Positions 14,971 through 30,542 of a DNA stretch of 64,000 bases are shown one piece after another. The notes below the pieces were generated by a model. The model saw nothing but the letters and a program-made list of their open reading frames with translations, made no database searches and was not told where the DNA came from. The stretch comes from Eledone cirrhosa (lineage: Eukaryota), in assembly GCA_964016885.1 (NCBI GenBank), contig OZ024758.1:19964001-20028000 (forward strand), read 5' to 3'. Made by a program: the position numbers and the translations under genes. Each line of letters begins with the position of its first letter. The first letter of the stretch is position 1.

Positions 14971-15859
14971 GTATATATATATATATATATATATACATAT
15001 ATATATAATATATAATATATACACATTATGTATATTTTCATATATATATATGTATTTATATATGTGTATAAATAACAGATATATATATATATATGTGTGT
15101 ATATATATCCTTTAATCCCTAATAGATGCACACGCTTGCTGTGCCATATGCATACATTCATAAGAATCGCTCTCCACAATATACATCTTGACCCATGCGT
15201 AAACATAGACTCCATAAGCATCATAGGTGCACATCAATAATTTACTGACTGGTTTCCCTGTGTATAGATACATCTATACGACACTATAATTATCCATGTA
15301 GCCATAATTCCTCTCCTCTTGTCATCCTATTCATTCATGATTATTGGGTTCATAAATTATGCTAGAGTTATATGAACTGGGTCAAGCGATATATTGAATA
15401 TTGCTATAAGGTTTAAACGTTTCTATCAACGGTTATATATTTTATTAATATGCTCGCTGAAAAGGCGGTCAAATTTCACGAATTATTGACCACTAGATTA
15501 AATGTATTTGTTTGACTATTTTTTGTATAGAATGGTCGTTTTTTTTTCTTTAGTGATATGACAACATGACTAACATTCAAGTCATATAATGTCCGATCCT
15601 GTCTTACTTGAGGTTAGGTTACATGAAAAAGAGGCACGTCATGTATAGATATATTATACTCTATCGCTACACGCGCATCTTCAAATAACGTTTACTGAAA
15701 ACCCTTTGAAATCGAGCTCTAGTTATATTATGCTGTCTGAGAGATTCAATTGGTGACAGTGCACTAGTGTTCAGTACGAACTCTTGTATAGATACAAATA
15801 CAAAAGAGACATATATTCATGCATAAACTCACATATATGCAGGCACACACATACCAGTA

Positions 15860-16850
<991 letters not shown>

Positions 16851-17059
16851 GAGAGAGAGAGTGGTACATAGATGTAGGTACATAGATGCATACAGCGACA
16901 GGAGGACAGAGAGTGGTACATAGATGTAGGTACATAGATGCATACAGCGAGCGAGAGAGAGAGAGAGTGAGAGACTTACAGATAGACTGAGATACAGACA
17001 AACAGCTAGGTAGGTAAATAGATCTCTATATATACAACAGTAAATACACAGTGTGGTCC

Positions 17060-17290
17060 AGAATGACTTTAGAATTTGAACATCCTCTGGCAATGTGCTT
17101 TTGCAGAAGACCAGTAGATGTCCACGCTTGCCAGTCTCACTTCCCCACTACACGGATGTTGTCGAAAGTATAAGGCCGATAACCCTAGGCCTCAATGATT
17201 TTGTAACCCATTTCTACCCCTGAGTGAACTGGAGGAAAGTGAAATAAAGTGTCCTGCTCAAGGAAACAATGCATCGCCTGGTCAGGGAAT
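17060..17290 (-). mobile_element. 5'-truncated CORE-type SINE
   Basis: gtgaaataaagtgtcctgctcaaggaaacaatgc is the reverse complement of the CORE-like motif. Confidence 0.6.
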
Positions 17291-17302
17291 AAGACATTCC
17301 TA

Positions 17303-17672
17303 GTTTTCAGTCAGTCTAGTTTATCTCTCCAACTAAAACATTGAAGTTAATTCATTAAAGACACTGAGCGTGCATCATTCTGTACAATAACACGCATATC
17401 ATTTTTGTAATATAGTGTCTATTGTTTTCAGTCAGTCTAGTTTATCTCTCTAACTAAAACATTGAAGTTAATTCATTAAAGACACTGAGCGTGCATCATT
17501 CTGTACAATAAAACGCATATCATTTTTGTAATATAGTGTCTATTGTTTTCAGTCAGTCTAGTTTATCTCTCTAACTAAAACATTGAAGTTAATTCATTAA
17601 AGACACTGAGCGTGCATCATTCTGTACAATAACACGCATATCATTTTTGTAATATAGTGTCTATTGTTTTCA
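17303..17672. repeat. Tandem triplication of a 121-bp unit
   Basis: Units start at 17303, 17424 and 17545. They differ by only 1-2 substitutions and have no spacers. Confidence 0.95.
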
Positions 17673-18224
17673 TCTCACTTCCTAATTCTTCGAAGGAAAT
17701 AATCTCTTTCTAGTCATTATAGTTAGTCTACTCTGGATATTCCGTGTTGTTCCAGTGTATTTCTCTGTAGATTGTCAGTATGTTTTCTTAAGCAACTGAA
17801 CATGCTATATAACTATAACATGAATCATTGATCACAGAAGAAATTATTCTATTCTCGAATTTCACAGTATTTGATTCGTATACATATATATTCCCTATAA
17901 TCAATGAAATAACAGAACATGCGATTGTTATTGACAAAATGTTTCATTTGGTCAGAAGTTAGATATAAAGCAACATATATGTGCCTCAGTATACAGGAGA
18001 AAATTATGGCGTATACCACTTGTCCTTTGTAAGACAAAAAGGGATTTGCTTATCGCCACACTTGAATTGCATGTTTCGTTATCTATTGCCGAGCATTCAT
18101 TATAAACTATTAATCTTACATCAGAAATTTTCTATTGACTATTCACGCCAGATTCGAAATATATATATACGAACACTATATATTTCCCAAGCAAAATCCT
18201 TCGTTTTTGTGTAGTTCATGTAAA

Positions 18225-18540
18225 TTCATCGTGAGAGAAACACATTTTTCAAAGAAGATTTATCATAATTTCACCATGATCTCCATAATTGCTGAAGAAT
18301 AGTCTTGCATTCAGGTGTGACCTTATGTATATCAAAAGCGCTCAATTCTTAAAACGAAGCGATGGATTGCTCTGGGAGCACGTTTTGCATAGGAACTCAC
18401 CATACCGAATTTGCTTTGAAATCCTGTGAGGAATCATTCAAACAATGATTTGGCTACATCAATAAAGGTCTTTCTGTACTATTACCTCGATATACAAGAC
18501 GGGGGTTACTCTGAAATTCTCTTTATCCGAAAGGACTAGT
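18225..18540 (-). pseudogene. Possible Tc1/mariner transposase relic
   Basis: Minus strand gives DKSSLKNVFLS/DE across a frameshift, resembling the FSDE first-Asp motif. Heavily decayed. Confidence 0.3.
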
Positions 18541-19154
18541 TAATAGATCGAATAGGTTTGAATGGCGCACACACACAAACATATATACACACGCACATAT
18601 CTATGTGTTTGTATATGTGTCGGGTGTGTATATATGCATATAAATATAAGGGGTTTATATAGATAAGTATATATATGAGTGACTATGTGTGTGCTGATGT
18701 GATTTTGTTGTGTGAATAAGCCGTTGTGTATTGCAATGAACAATGTGCCGCAAGTTTTATACCAAATTTTATGATATCAGTTTGATAACAAGAATATGTT
18801 TAGCTTAGAAAACGATTAAAATAAGTCTCCGATGTTTCTCCGTTATAAATAAATTTACTTTTATACATAATACTTCAATGCATCTGACAGGACCTACCGG
18901 GGGGAGTTTTTCGAAATTCTGCCGCCTCGACCCTCTCAGGAAGAAGTGTGAAAAGAAAAGATGAGAAGTAGACATACTACTTAAAGCTGTAAACAATTTA
19001 ATGGATGTTTGCTTACATTTGTTGCAGAACAAACACTGGCTCTATTAATAGCTCCCTAGTCGTATTGCATACAGTTTATCCTTTACATATGATACTGTAA
19101 CATGGAGTACCACTAACAACTTGGTAATACACTTTCATAATTGAACTCGTAATT

Positions 19155-19373
19155 ATTGTTTCTACTTTGGGCACGAGGCGAGCAATTTGAAGGTGACAGC
19201 AAAGTCGATTAAATCGACCCCAGTGCATTACTTGTGCTTTATGTTATAGGTGATGTAAGGATGAAATGCAAAGCTAATCTTGGTTTGATTTGAACTCAGA
19301 ATTCAAACAGCCATAACTCTTGGCGGTAAAGCATCTTCTCCGACGCTATACCTATACTGCAAATCCACCGCCC
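19155..19373 (-). mobile_element. SINE family S1
   Basis: Reverse-complement copy ending ...aatccaccgccc. Confidence 0.75.
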
Positions 19374-20100
19374 TATTCAAGCTCGTAATAATGGTAAACG
19401 TTCAGGCTTTTTTCCAATAATCTGCCAAGAAAATAGAAAAGTATTCCTATACGTTTTGTAATATGAAACTGACTTGTCCATATTGCAAAATCGACAGAAT
19501 GTCGAACACAAAATTATGCACTCTTTCTGTGTTTAGGGTTCAATTCCCTCTAAAGTCAACTATGCAATTAATCACACCTATGTGAATGAAATCCAGTACC
19601 AGCAAAGTATGTGTCGCGATTTATTCGTCTATTCGCGCTCATAAATATGTGGTTATCCTCACAAAAATCGGGAAAGCATCATCAATCGTTTCCCATATGG
19701 GAAAGAGAGTATGTTTTACTGTTTCATTTCATGACACTTTTTTGGATTTGCATTTGATCTCACATCACGCGTTGAAAGCTATATGATTCCTTTGAGGATA
19801 ATATTATTTGAACTTGTATTATATGTCTTTAAACACACTCTTATAACAGAGAAACACACACATATAGACACACACAAGTACACATCCACATATCTCCAAT
19901 TATATGTAACGTTATTTTCACATGTATTTGTATTACTCTCTTTTTATTCCTGTCTCTATTTATCTCTCTCAATCTGTCACTGGGTTTCTCTCTATTTTTT
20001 GTTTAATCATACGATCCATCATTTGGTCTTATGCCAATATAATATTCTCTTCAACTTCGCTTCTCTCCGCTCTCTCTCACACACACACACACTCTCTATT

Positions 20101-20133
<33 letters not shown>

Positions 20134-20149
20134 CTATACACACACACAC

Positions 20150-20200
<51 letters not shown>

Positions 20201-20202
<2 letters not shown>

Positions 20203-20420
20203 ACGAATAAGGTGTCGCAAGATAGCAGGTGGATCATACGCACGAGATTACTCGATACTTACTGTAGTAGACTGGGTAATATGAAAAGAGTCAGGACACC
20301 GACGGCTGAGCTCCGTCCGTTGCAACAGCTAGATGTGAATGTTCTTATCTAGCGTCAAAACGCTGGGATATAGTTGTCTAAACTGCCGGAGCTCGTCCAA
20401 CGGGGTCCTGACTCTTTTCA
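20201..20420 (-). mobile_element. Diverged family D fold-back
   Basis: Tail aacgaataaggtgtcgcaag..., arms tgaaaagagtcaggac.../...gtcctgactcttttca, TA flanks. Confidence 0.65.
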
Positions 20421-20845
20421 TATATATATTTATATATATTTAGTTGGCTTTCCGCACATTTTGAGTTCAGACGACGATGGAGGTGGATTAGATTTGTGTT
20501 ATTGTCAGGCCGATAATATTTGTAGTTACAAAGAGAATGGAGTTAACTCAATATATTACTGATATACCATTTTCAGAAATGTGCATTCGACCAAAGCAAC
20601 ACATTGACTATTTTCACACGGCAACAGTCATATTACTAATACTTAAGCAACAAACAATAGTATATGGACGCATGTATTGAACACGACATGCAGCAACGTG
20701 TTGTATATATTGAACAAAATCATAGAACTATATGAATCATTGTAAAGCTACTTATAGAGAAATTGTAATTTCTTATGGTTTTGTCTGATAAATTTTCTAC
20801 AAATAAAAGTACATTTTAATATATATATATATATATATAAATATA

Positions 20846-21909
20846 TATCTCAAAGAACTCTGTCATCCAATCAGGTGTAATGACTTGGGCTTTAGTGTTG
20901 GTGTAGAGCAGTGATATCAGGTCCACTATCTTCTTGGGGATTCCATAAGCCTTTAAGATATTCATCAGGCAGTGACGGTCCACAGAATTAAAGTGAGATA
21001 CATTGGCTCCGTACCTGTTTGTCATCTGAGTGGACTATTGTATGCGCCTTGTACTGAAGGAACACCAGGACTCTGGCTTTACTGTAGTAACGACTCAGAG
21101 CAGGAGAGTTAAGGCGAAAAAGATATCAGATGTTGAATTTGCCGACGACATAGTGTTGGTGACAAATACAGTGATGGAGGCAGAGCTCATTTGATGCAGG
21201 AGTTTGAGACTGTGTCGATGAGTGTGGGGCTGAGAATGAATGAGACTAAAACAAAATATCAGGTAGAGAATGTTGAGAAGCCAGAGCGGATCACTAATGT
21301 AGGCGGCAAGCCGCTAGAATTGGTTGAGGGCTAAATGTATTTGGGAGCAAAGTTTGGGAATACGGAAGATGATGTGGTTGAGAGGAAGAGCAAAGCCTGG
21401 GCGGCGTGCCACAGCTTGAGATCGGTGAGGAAATCGGACCTTTGTAAAGACCTACAAATCCGTCTCTTCATTGCTGTAGTGGAGTCTATGCTGCTTTACG
21501 GATCTGAGACTTGGACACTGACCAAAAAACTCACTCAGATGGTGGATGGGTGCTACACAAGAATTCTGAGGATGGCTCTTCACATTAATCAGTATACACT
21601 GAGGATAAAAAGCTCAAAGCTGTATGGGAGCCTCCAAAAAGTCAGCTCAAAAGTGACACTGAGGAGTCTGAGGTTAGCTGGACATGCTCACCGACATCCA
21701 TAGTTGACATTGCACTCAGTGCTCCTGTAAGGAGCCCCTAATGGACACACTGGAAGAGGAAAAGCAAGGTTAAGGTATGTTGATGCCCTAAAGACAGACA
21801 CTGGTCTGTTCGAGACGCAGGACATGGCAGCGATAATGAGGGACAGAGACCGCTGGAGAGAACTTGTGCATGGATCTCGGGAATATTACCCGCCCTAGCA
21901 AAAAAAAAA
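20846..21909 (+). mobile_element. 5'-truncated, 5'-inverted RTE-type LINE (RT C-half)
   Basis: Plus strand from about 20995: DTLAPYLF..FADD..YLG..LLYGSETWTL..LRLAGH..DRDRWR, then poly-A. Minus strand 20846-20994 encodes the upstream RT part, FNSVDRH..AYGIP..TEFFEI. Confidence 0.85.
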
Positions 21910-22035
21910 TATATATATACATATATATATATTAACATGTATTTTAATTTGTAGAAAATGTATCAGACATAACGATAAGAAATTACACGTTATGCATATA
22001 TATATTACATATATACACATATTGTATATACATAT

Positions 22036-23040
<1,005 letters not shown>

Positions 23041-23292
23041 ATGTGTGGTTGTGGTTCTGAATTTTTAATAATTCGAGTAATGTGATTTTAATCGGGTGGT
23101 GGTGATGTAGATTCCAGGAATCTACATCACCACCACAGCCAGACACGTCATCTCCAGTTCAACCAGGTCTAGAAATGTGTTGGGTAACCCAAAATATTGA
23201 CACGACATGCGGAGGCATGAATAGTTGAAATACACAAACCCAGACACATACACTGTTACACACACAAATATGTGTATATATATATATATATA

Positions 23293-23584
23293 AAAGAACA
23301 AAAGATGGTTAAAGGAGTTCCATGTATTTTATTATGCGCATTTCAAAAACAAATATCATCATGCAATAATATTTGTGTTTTCATCAGATAAAACAGGAAG
23401 ACATGATATGAAGATTAAAAATGATGATGTTTGTTTTTGAAATGCGCATAATAAAATACATGGACTCTTTTAACCATCTTTTGTTCTTATATATTATGTA
23501 TACTCCAGTCCTACAAACTGTAGAGTGCTTCTTATCCGATATCTGCATTGCTTTATTGTACTACAATAAAACTCACCTCCTACA
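23293..23584 (+). mobile_element. Fold-back element, family E (full HHR on the minus strand in the inverted arm)
   Basis: Arms at about 23294-23369 and 23420-23490, tail ending aactcacctcctaca. Copies at 40700 and 48640. Confidence 0.8.
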
Positions 23585-23922
23585 TTATATATATATATAT
23601 ATATATATATAGGGGCGGTGTCTGAGTCCGTATGTCAGTTTCTCTGTGTGGTAATTTATGTTAAAAAATTGAGAAAAATAACATCTTGTTAAGATAATGT
23701 AATAAATACGTGTTTCATATATACTTCTCTAACCTTTATGATACTCCGCATACGGATTTGTCGCATGGTTAGTCATCCATATCACAATTGTTAGTATGTT
23801 GTATGTTCATGTACGGTCTATATCTAATTCAAAACCTTCGAACATATATTTATATACACACGTGTATGTCTGTGTTGAGTAGGTGTAAGCACGTTGCTTT
23901 ATGTTTGTATTCAACAAAACTG

Positions 23923-23960
<38 letters not shown>

Positions 23961-24157
23961 GGCGTGGTGTGTGCTTAGAATCGGGTAATATGTGTGTATG
24001 CTCATAAATGTATTTATGTCTGAGTACATTTATTAATGTATAATTTGTCTCGTTGGATATGTTTGTAATGAACCATATAAAGGTTTGTTTTCTCTAAATC
24101 TGTCTGACCCCACTCGCTCATCCTCTCTCTATCTCTCTCTCCACCATTTCCCTCTCA

Positions 24158-24208
<51 letters not shown>

Positions 24209-24544
24209 TGTGTGTTTATGTATATATATATATGTATATATGTCGGTGTGTGTGAGTCTGTCTGTGTGACTGCGTCTGTCTTTGTGCTTGTGTGTGTGTT
24301 TGACCGTGCGTTTGTCTTTGTTTTTGAACGTGTGCGCATGTATATGAGAGCATGTGGTCATATTTATACATACACCAAACATTATGTCTCTATGGAAATA
24401 TGTATCGATGCATATGTCGATGTACATATGCATCAGACTCATTCTTAAAATGATGCAAGTTTTTTAGCTTTAATATTAGCCTTAATTATATGTTTTTTCA
24501 AGAGATAAATCAGCCATTAAAATTCTCATTCAAGTTAACTCAAT

Positions 24545-24950
24545 TTCCTCTGGTTATATAGAGTCCTATTGTCCTGGGCATGATGAAATCTTCGAAGGCA
24601 ATCCTTGTTTTTTGCAGACATTTACTTCCAAGATGTTGTCGAAAAGGGATTCTGTTTGGAATGTATTCGAAAGGTTTCTTAGATGAGCCATAGTTTCCTC
24701 AGCTCAGATTGTTCAAGTTTTGTAGCGTTATATGTTAGGTGAGTATACGACTCTCAAATATTTAAAGCTTTTATGTAAATCACCGATTTCTTGATGATAT
24801 TTCTTTTCTGTAATTGCTTCGCCAGGACACAGGAAGACGCAGATCACAAATCCTGCCACACTCAAGGTCTTTTGTTTCATCTTCCGCTTTGGAAAGAATT
24901 TAGGTACTGGAAGCCCTCTATTATATTCACCGAGAAAAATATAATTTTCT
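24545..24950 (-). pseudogene. Mariner transposase relic (catalytic domain)
   Basis: Minus strand gives VPKFFPKRK..AGFVICVFLCPGEAITEKKYHQEIGDLHK..TLQNLNNL..FDNIL..FEDFI, colinear with the mariner PKHFPKP..FLNPGETIT..TLQKLNEL region. Confidence 0.7.
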
Positions 24951-25019
24951 TCGTTTCGTTTTCGTTTAGTTAGCCAACAGCATTTTGTTTCCGCAACGGG
25001 CTCTCTATATGTTTATATA

Positions 25020-25221
25020 CAGGGTGCGGAAAAATGATCTGACTTTCGCAAACGCCTTCGATCGTGCGTGGACAATAACGGCGGCAATTTTGTTGTGTAA
25101 TATTTAAAATAAAATAAAACAAAATGGCATTAAATGTATATTTAGAAAATAAGAATACTTTGTTCATTCTTTATTCTATTTCGTTTTTATTAAACGCGTC
25201 AGATCATTTTGCCGCACCCTG
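25020..25221. mobile_element. Tc1/mariner-type MITE (about 200 bp)
   Basis: 24-bp TIRs CAGGGTGCGGAAAAATGATCTGAC / GTCAGATCATTTTGCCGCACCCTG (1 mismatch), preceded by TA. Confidence 0.8.
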
Positions 25222-25708
25222 TTTATAAACGTATTTTATAGGTATATATATATGTCTTCATATACACCTCAATTATCCTTAGTCAATGTCTTCATTGACA
25301 TTAAACATAAACAGAAAAACCAGCAATATATACAAATAACCACTTTCAGTTGATACTTTCTATTTACTCTATGCAAATGAACATAACCACCATGTTATCA
25401 CCACGTAAATTGTTATATATTGAATAGTCTATATTATGTCAGCTATTTCTGAGTAATTGCCGCTGGTGTAATATCATCGTAACATCCCACGCTGTTGTCT
25501 CATACTCTAAGAATATAAAGGAAATTCTAAGATTAATTCATCGAGGAAAATAGAAAAAGATTTTGATTTTTCGTTTCCTTACGAAAATATCATTTTCTTC
25601 CTCAGTGAGGATACCTATATGTTTATAGTTATATAAACTTATTACATATTATATAGTGTCATATATGTCTTCATTATCTTCAAATGCTGTCTTATTGATA
25701 CCGTCAAT

Positions 25709-25748
<40 letters not shown>

Positions 25749-25793
25749 TATATATATATTATATATCTATAAATATATATGTATATATATATA

Positions 25794-25983
25794 AGTTTAT
25801 CCTCGGTTCAATCGGGGGTAACAACAGTAAGTAAGGTACTCAAGATATGCCAAAGTATATATATTTAATATAGAAATGGCTTCTACAGGAATAGAACTGT
25901 TTCATTTGGGAAACATCATCAGGCCTTCTAATGATTTCTTCCGAATGTAACACTTCTAATCCTGTATAAGCCATTTATTTTTA
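25794..25983 (-). mobile_element. Older family A fold-back
   Basis: Same tail and arms as 3918-4111, but the two arms have diverged from each other. Confidence 0.75.
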
Positions 25984-26062
25984 TATATATATATATATAT
26001 AAGTTTAGCGCATATTACGTGTGTGTATTTTTATTATTCCTAGGAGGGGGTGGATTGGTTCG

Positions 26063-26278
26063 AGGGCGGTGGATTGGTAGTATCGGTAGAGAGTCGGACG
26101 CCATGCTTTACATGACAGAGTTACGTCCCTTTACGGTTTGATTTCAAATCTCGCCGAGGTTTACTTTGCCTCTCAGCCTTACGGGGTCGATAAAATAATG
26201 CACCAGTAACGTAGTGGGGTCAATTTGACTTCCACTCCCCCAAATTACTGGCATTGTGCTTATATTAGCAATCATTAT
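26063..26278 (+). mobile_element. SINE family S1
   Basis: Full-length copy. Confidence 0.85.
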
Positions 26279-26688
26279 AGTTATTTCCATTTTATTTTTA
26301 TATAAGTAAGTGCCTCGTGGGAGTGTAGTAGAAGTTTATTGCATCATGTGCGTGTAGTCAATATATGAACATGATTGTGTGCAAAAACATCGAAGAATCG
26401 ATGATTTCTAAATGATAAACCATGTGAGCTTTTATCGATGACCTTGTTCCTCTACTTTTCTATTACTAACAGAGATCTATTTATGAAAGAAATCATATTT
26501 ATGTATACAATAGCAATAAATTGTCCCTAACTAAACAATAAATGAAAACATATCCGGAGACATACGTACGCAAGCACAAACATATCTTGTAAATGTACAA
26601 TTTTTATATATATATTGCACGCATACTTATACGCCCACATATACATACATACATACACACACACAAATACATACATACATACACACAC

Positions 26689-26732
<44 letters not shown>

Positions 26733-26733
<1 letters not shown>

Positions 26734-26932
26734 ACGAAGGAAGTGTGGCAATGAACCAGATGGACCATAAGGCACCAGAGTAGTCAATACTTAGGTTTGT
26801 ACAGTGGGTAATAGGAACATGTTTGACATCCGACGGCAGAGCTCAAGCCGTTCTGACGGCTATTTCTGAACGCCGAGTGTAGAAATAGCCAGCAAAACGG
26901 TTTGAGCTCTGCCATCAGGGATACATTATTTT

Positions 26933-26935
<3 letters not shown>
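26733..26935 (-). mobile_element. Family D fold-back
   Basis: Tail aacgaaggaagtgtgg..., arms ggcagagctcaagccgtt / aacggtttgagctctgcc. Confidence 0.7.
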
Positions 26936-26965
<30 letters not shown>

Positions 26966-26967
<2 letters not shown>

Positions 26968-27240
26968 AGAGGGTCATATTGTTGTAATATTGCCAGGAAT
27001 AATAACAGAACACACTCACTGCTTGGTTGGTTTTCGCTTCTGTATCTTTTATATCTCCATAGTTAATTTATGTGGCAATCAATGTTTATCATTGGCTGAC
27101 CAACGGTCAAAAATACAGATATAAATATACATATATAGTATATCATATTTCTTTTGTTGCACATCTGCAACATCATCAGTGGCACTATCATGTTTCAATA
27201 TGTACACAATATTATTGTATTTTATGTCTACGCCATTTTT
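26966..27240 (-). mobile_element. PLE 3'-end-derived pieces: C-related family (also at 30085 and 43597) plus an HHR-like motif at 27150-27190
   Basis: Minus strand tgcca-CTGATGA-t-gttgca..tgcaac-AAAA. Similar to the 3' region of the PLE at 49905-49990. Confidence 0.55.
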
Positions 27241-27825
27241 AGTATTTTTATATATATATATAGTATATATATATATAAAATATGAATATATGTGTGTGGA
27301 TGTGTGTTTTTGTGCATGTTTACATTAAAATATATATAATACGCACGCACGCGCACACATATACACACACATACACATACACACATACACACATACATGA
27401 ATATATCTATATGTGTTTATGTCTGTCTGTCTGTGTATGTGTAAGTGTGTATATGTAATTGTTTTAGAATCCTAATTTGGAATACGGGGTTCTAAATAAA
27501 TAATCGCCTGCATCCCCACTCCACCTGTAACAGCTGATCAATCGAAAATAGACGAATGTGTATAACAAAGTGTAACAAACCCACCATCAACGTAGCAGTC
27601 GAAACGTCGACATCAAATTGTGTTTTTGTAATATTTATTCTCTATCAGAGAACAGTTGTAAACTTGCAGTTTGACGAAAATTATCTATGAACCTTACTCT
27701 CTGTTCATTCATCTGCGCATGTCTATCACTCTATGGAACCATCTCTGTCTTTCCCTCTCTATCTCTGTCCCTCTCTCTCTCGCTCTCTATATATATATCT
27801 AACTAGCTATCTCTATATATATATA

Positions 27826-27967
27826 GTTTCTAATTTTGGCACAAGGCCGGCGATTAGCCCTGTGCACCACTGGTACTTTATTATATCTACCCCGTAAGGA
27901 TGAAAGGCAAAGTTAACCTCGGCGGATTTGAACTCAGAACGCAAATCCGCCGAGGTTAACTTTGCCT
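27826..27967 (-). mobile_element. Truncated S1 SINE with a 26-bp fold-back
   Basis: Perfect arms 27905-27930 and 27942-27967, followed by TA-rich sequence. Confidence 0.75.
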
Positions 27968-27986
27968 ATAGATGTATAGTTAGGTA

Positions 27987-28017
<31 letters not shown>

Positions 28018-28028
28018 ATGTATATGTA

Positions 28029-28078
<50 letters not shown>

Positions 28079-28184
28079 AAACTATACATCTATTTATCCA
28101 TTTATCGTCTCTCCCGTATTCTACTCTTCTCCCTATCTATATCTCTTTCTCTCCTCCACTCCCTTCCTCTCTCTATATATATCT

Positions 28185-28226
<42 letters not shown>

Positions 28227-29611
28227 AGAATGATATAACAATTAGCATTTAAATACAGATGTTGTTTTAACCCTTTAGTCATGCGTTGCCAAGTACGCTA
28301 TTGTTAAAAAATGAATGGAACTATAAAAATAATGGTTTTTAATTGAAGCACTTGGAATGCAATTTGGGAGAGAAGTGATTCCTTTTAATCGATCCCTTGT
28401 ATTTAATTGGAGCTATATTTTATCGATCTCGGAAAGATGAAAGTCGAAATTGACCTGATGGGATTTGAAGTTAAAGAGCCAGTATAAAATCTACAAAGAA
28501 TGTCTTCCGATATTAACCACTCTCCCAGTCCTATAACTTAAATTTAATAAAAATTATAATTAGAAGTGGTTTTGAATGAATTTCATTGGTTCTGTAGAGC
28601 CAGACGAGATACGGTTCAGCAGCACTTTTTGGCGGGAAGTGTTGAATCAATATAAGAATCAATATTCCTTTTAAATGCTAGGGCGTAGAGTTGTCAAAAC
28701 TGAACGCAAGTTGCATAAACATGTATTGTGTATTATTCAAATCAACGTGAGTTCCCTTTGTCGTCTCACATTTCAGAATCATATACAAGTTTTACCAGCC
28801 ATACACTGCATTACAATAATACTACTATGACCTTTTCCTTATCACTTTGTGATTATGTGTGATCGCGCCAACATAAATACTCTGACATTTAACTTTTATT
28901 GAGAACTGAATACACTTGTTGAATGCATTATTTAATCGTATTTAGATCATATTATAGATACGTAATTATCTATATATGTTTTGTATTTGTCTGACATATT
29001 TTCTCTTTCTTCTCGTTCTTGTTTTCATATTTCATTACTCACTCAGAAAAAATATGTTGGCGTATAAATTTAGAAATAACATCACGGCAGGCGAAAATTG
29101 CAACCTGATTTTACGATATGGATAAAAGCTATTTCATCTATAATAATAATTCTATAAACACCGATCAAAAGTTATAAAATTACAACATTTAATATCCATT
29201 TATTAATAAAACGGGTTGCTTCATAAAAATAATCTTTTCTCTGCTTATAACGAAGAAATATATATTGTTGAGGTTTTTAAGATACTAATACCGCTCCAAT
29301 ATTTATAATTTGCTAAAAGGGCAAATGAAAATGGATATTAAATAGTGATGATCGGGATGGTGATGTTAATATAGTTACTAAAAAGTATTATAAGAATAAA
29401 ATGATACCTCTCAGTCATTTAATATATTTCGTAACTGGTTAAACATAATCTGTAATAAAGGATGCAAATATTACCTGAAACAAATCGAAAGGAATATTTT
29501 AAAATATTATTCTTGCTTATTCTTTAGCCAGTAATTCATTCTTAATTCCAATTTTCTTGCACCTTTAAATGCATCTATCTATCTATCTATGTATATATCT
29601 ATCTATCTATA

Positions 29612-29650
<39 letters not shown>

Positions 29651-29688
29651 ATATCTAACTCTCTCTCTCTCTATCTCTCTCTCTCTCG

Positions 29689-29723
<35 letters not shown>

Positions 29724-29726
<3 letters not shown>

Positions 29727-30047
29727 TCATCATCAGGTCGAGCTTGCTCAGTTTTCTACGACACGTTTCCTTAATTCCTCCATCCACCTCTGTCTCACAT
29801 AGCGTTTGCCAGTTCTTCCGCAGTGCATCCAGTATCGTCCTCAAGTTGCTTGACGCATGTCTTCTTGGGACGACCAGCGTTTCTTGCTCCATGAGATGGA
29901 CTCCATAACAACACATCACCTGCTATTTCTTCCTTGCTGCGCCAAAAGTGGCCAGCAAACCAGAGTCTATGTCTACGTATTGACCTGCTGATAGGGGTAT
30001 ATTGCCATAGAGATCCTTATTTGTTGTGTGTTACCTCCAAGACACGT
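29724..30047 (-). mobile_element. RTE-type LINE 3' fragment
   Basis: Reverse copy of the 42900-43318 family (LWFAGHF.., GRPKKT, TGA-repeat tail). Confidence 0.75.
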
Positions 30048-30251
30048 TTATATGTGTATATGTATGTATGTATATATATATATATTGTTATATTTGGGCA
30101 TGGTCATATTGATACAAAATAACAGAACAAACTCACTGTTCGGTTGGTATTCGTTTCTGTATCTTTTATATCTCTATAGTTAATTATTTGGCAATCAATG
30201 TTTATCATTTATTGACCAGCGGTTAAAATACAGCTATATATATATATATAT

Positions 30252-30481
30252 TGTCCTTCTCCGTAACACAATGACTTACTAAGATAAACAAATCCAATAT
30301 CCCTGATGTCTTCCAAAAGTAACGGTTGCATCTTGAAAAGGTATGTCAGAATTTATTTATAAAACTGGTATATATTGTATTTTGTCTGATGAAAGCATAC
30401 CATAATTTAACATGGTATCCTTGAAATATGTATAATAGAATAGATATGGTTTTATAAATATAGTTTCCATTTGTTAATATC

Positions 30482-30483
<2 letters not shown>
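30252..30483 (+). mobile_element. Family B element with HHR-like motif
   Basis: gtctgatgaaagcatacca..tggtatccttgaaatatgtataatagaa, TA-flanked. Confidence 0.65.

Positions 30484-30542
<59 letters not shown>

Noticed and set aside
17303-17672. CRISPR-like periodicity
   Set aside because: The units are contiguous 121-mers with no unique spacers, there are no cas genes, and the context is eukaryotic.
24618-24903. Two plus-strand exon-like segments with good splice sites
   Set aside because: The first has stops in all three frames, and the minus strand is clearly a mariner transposase relic.
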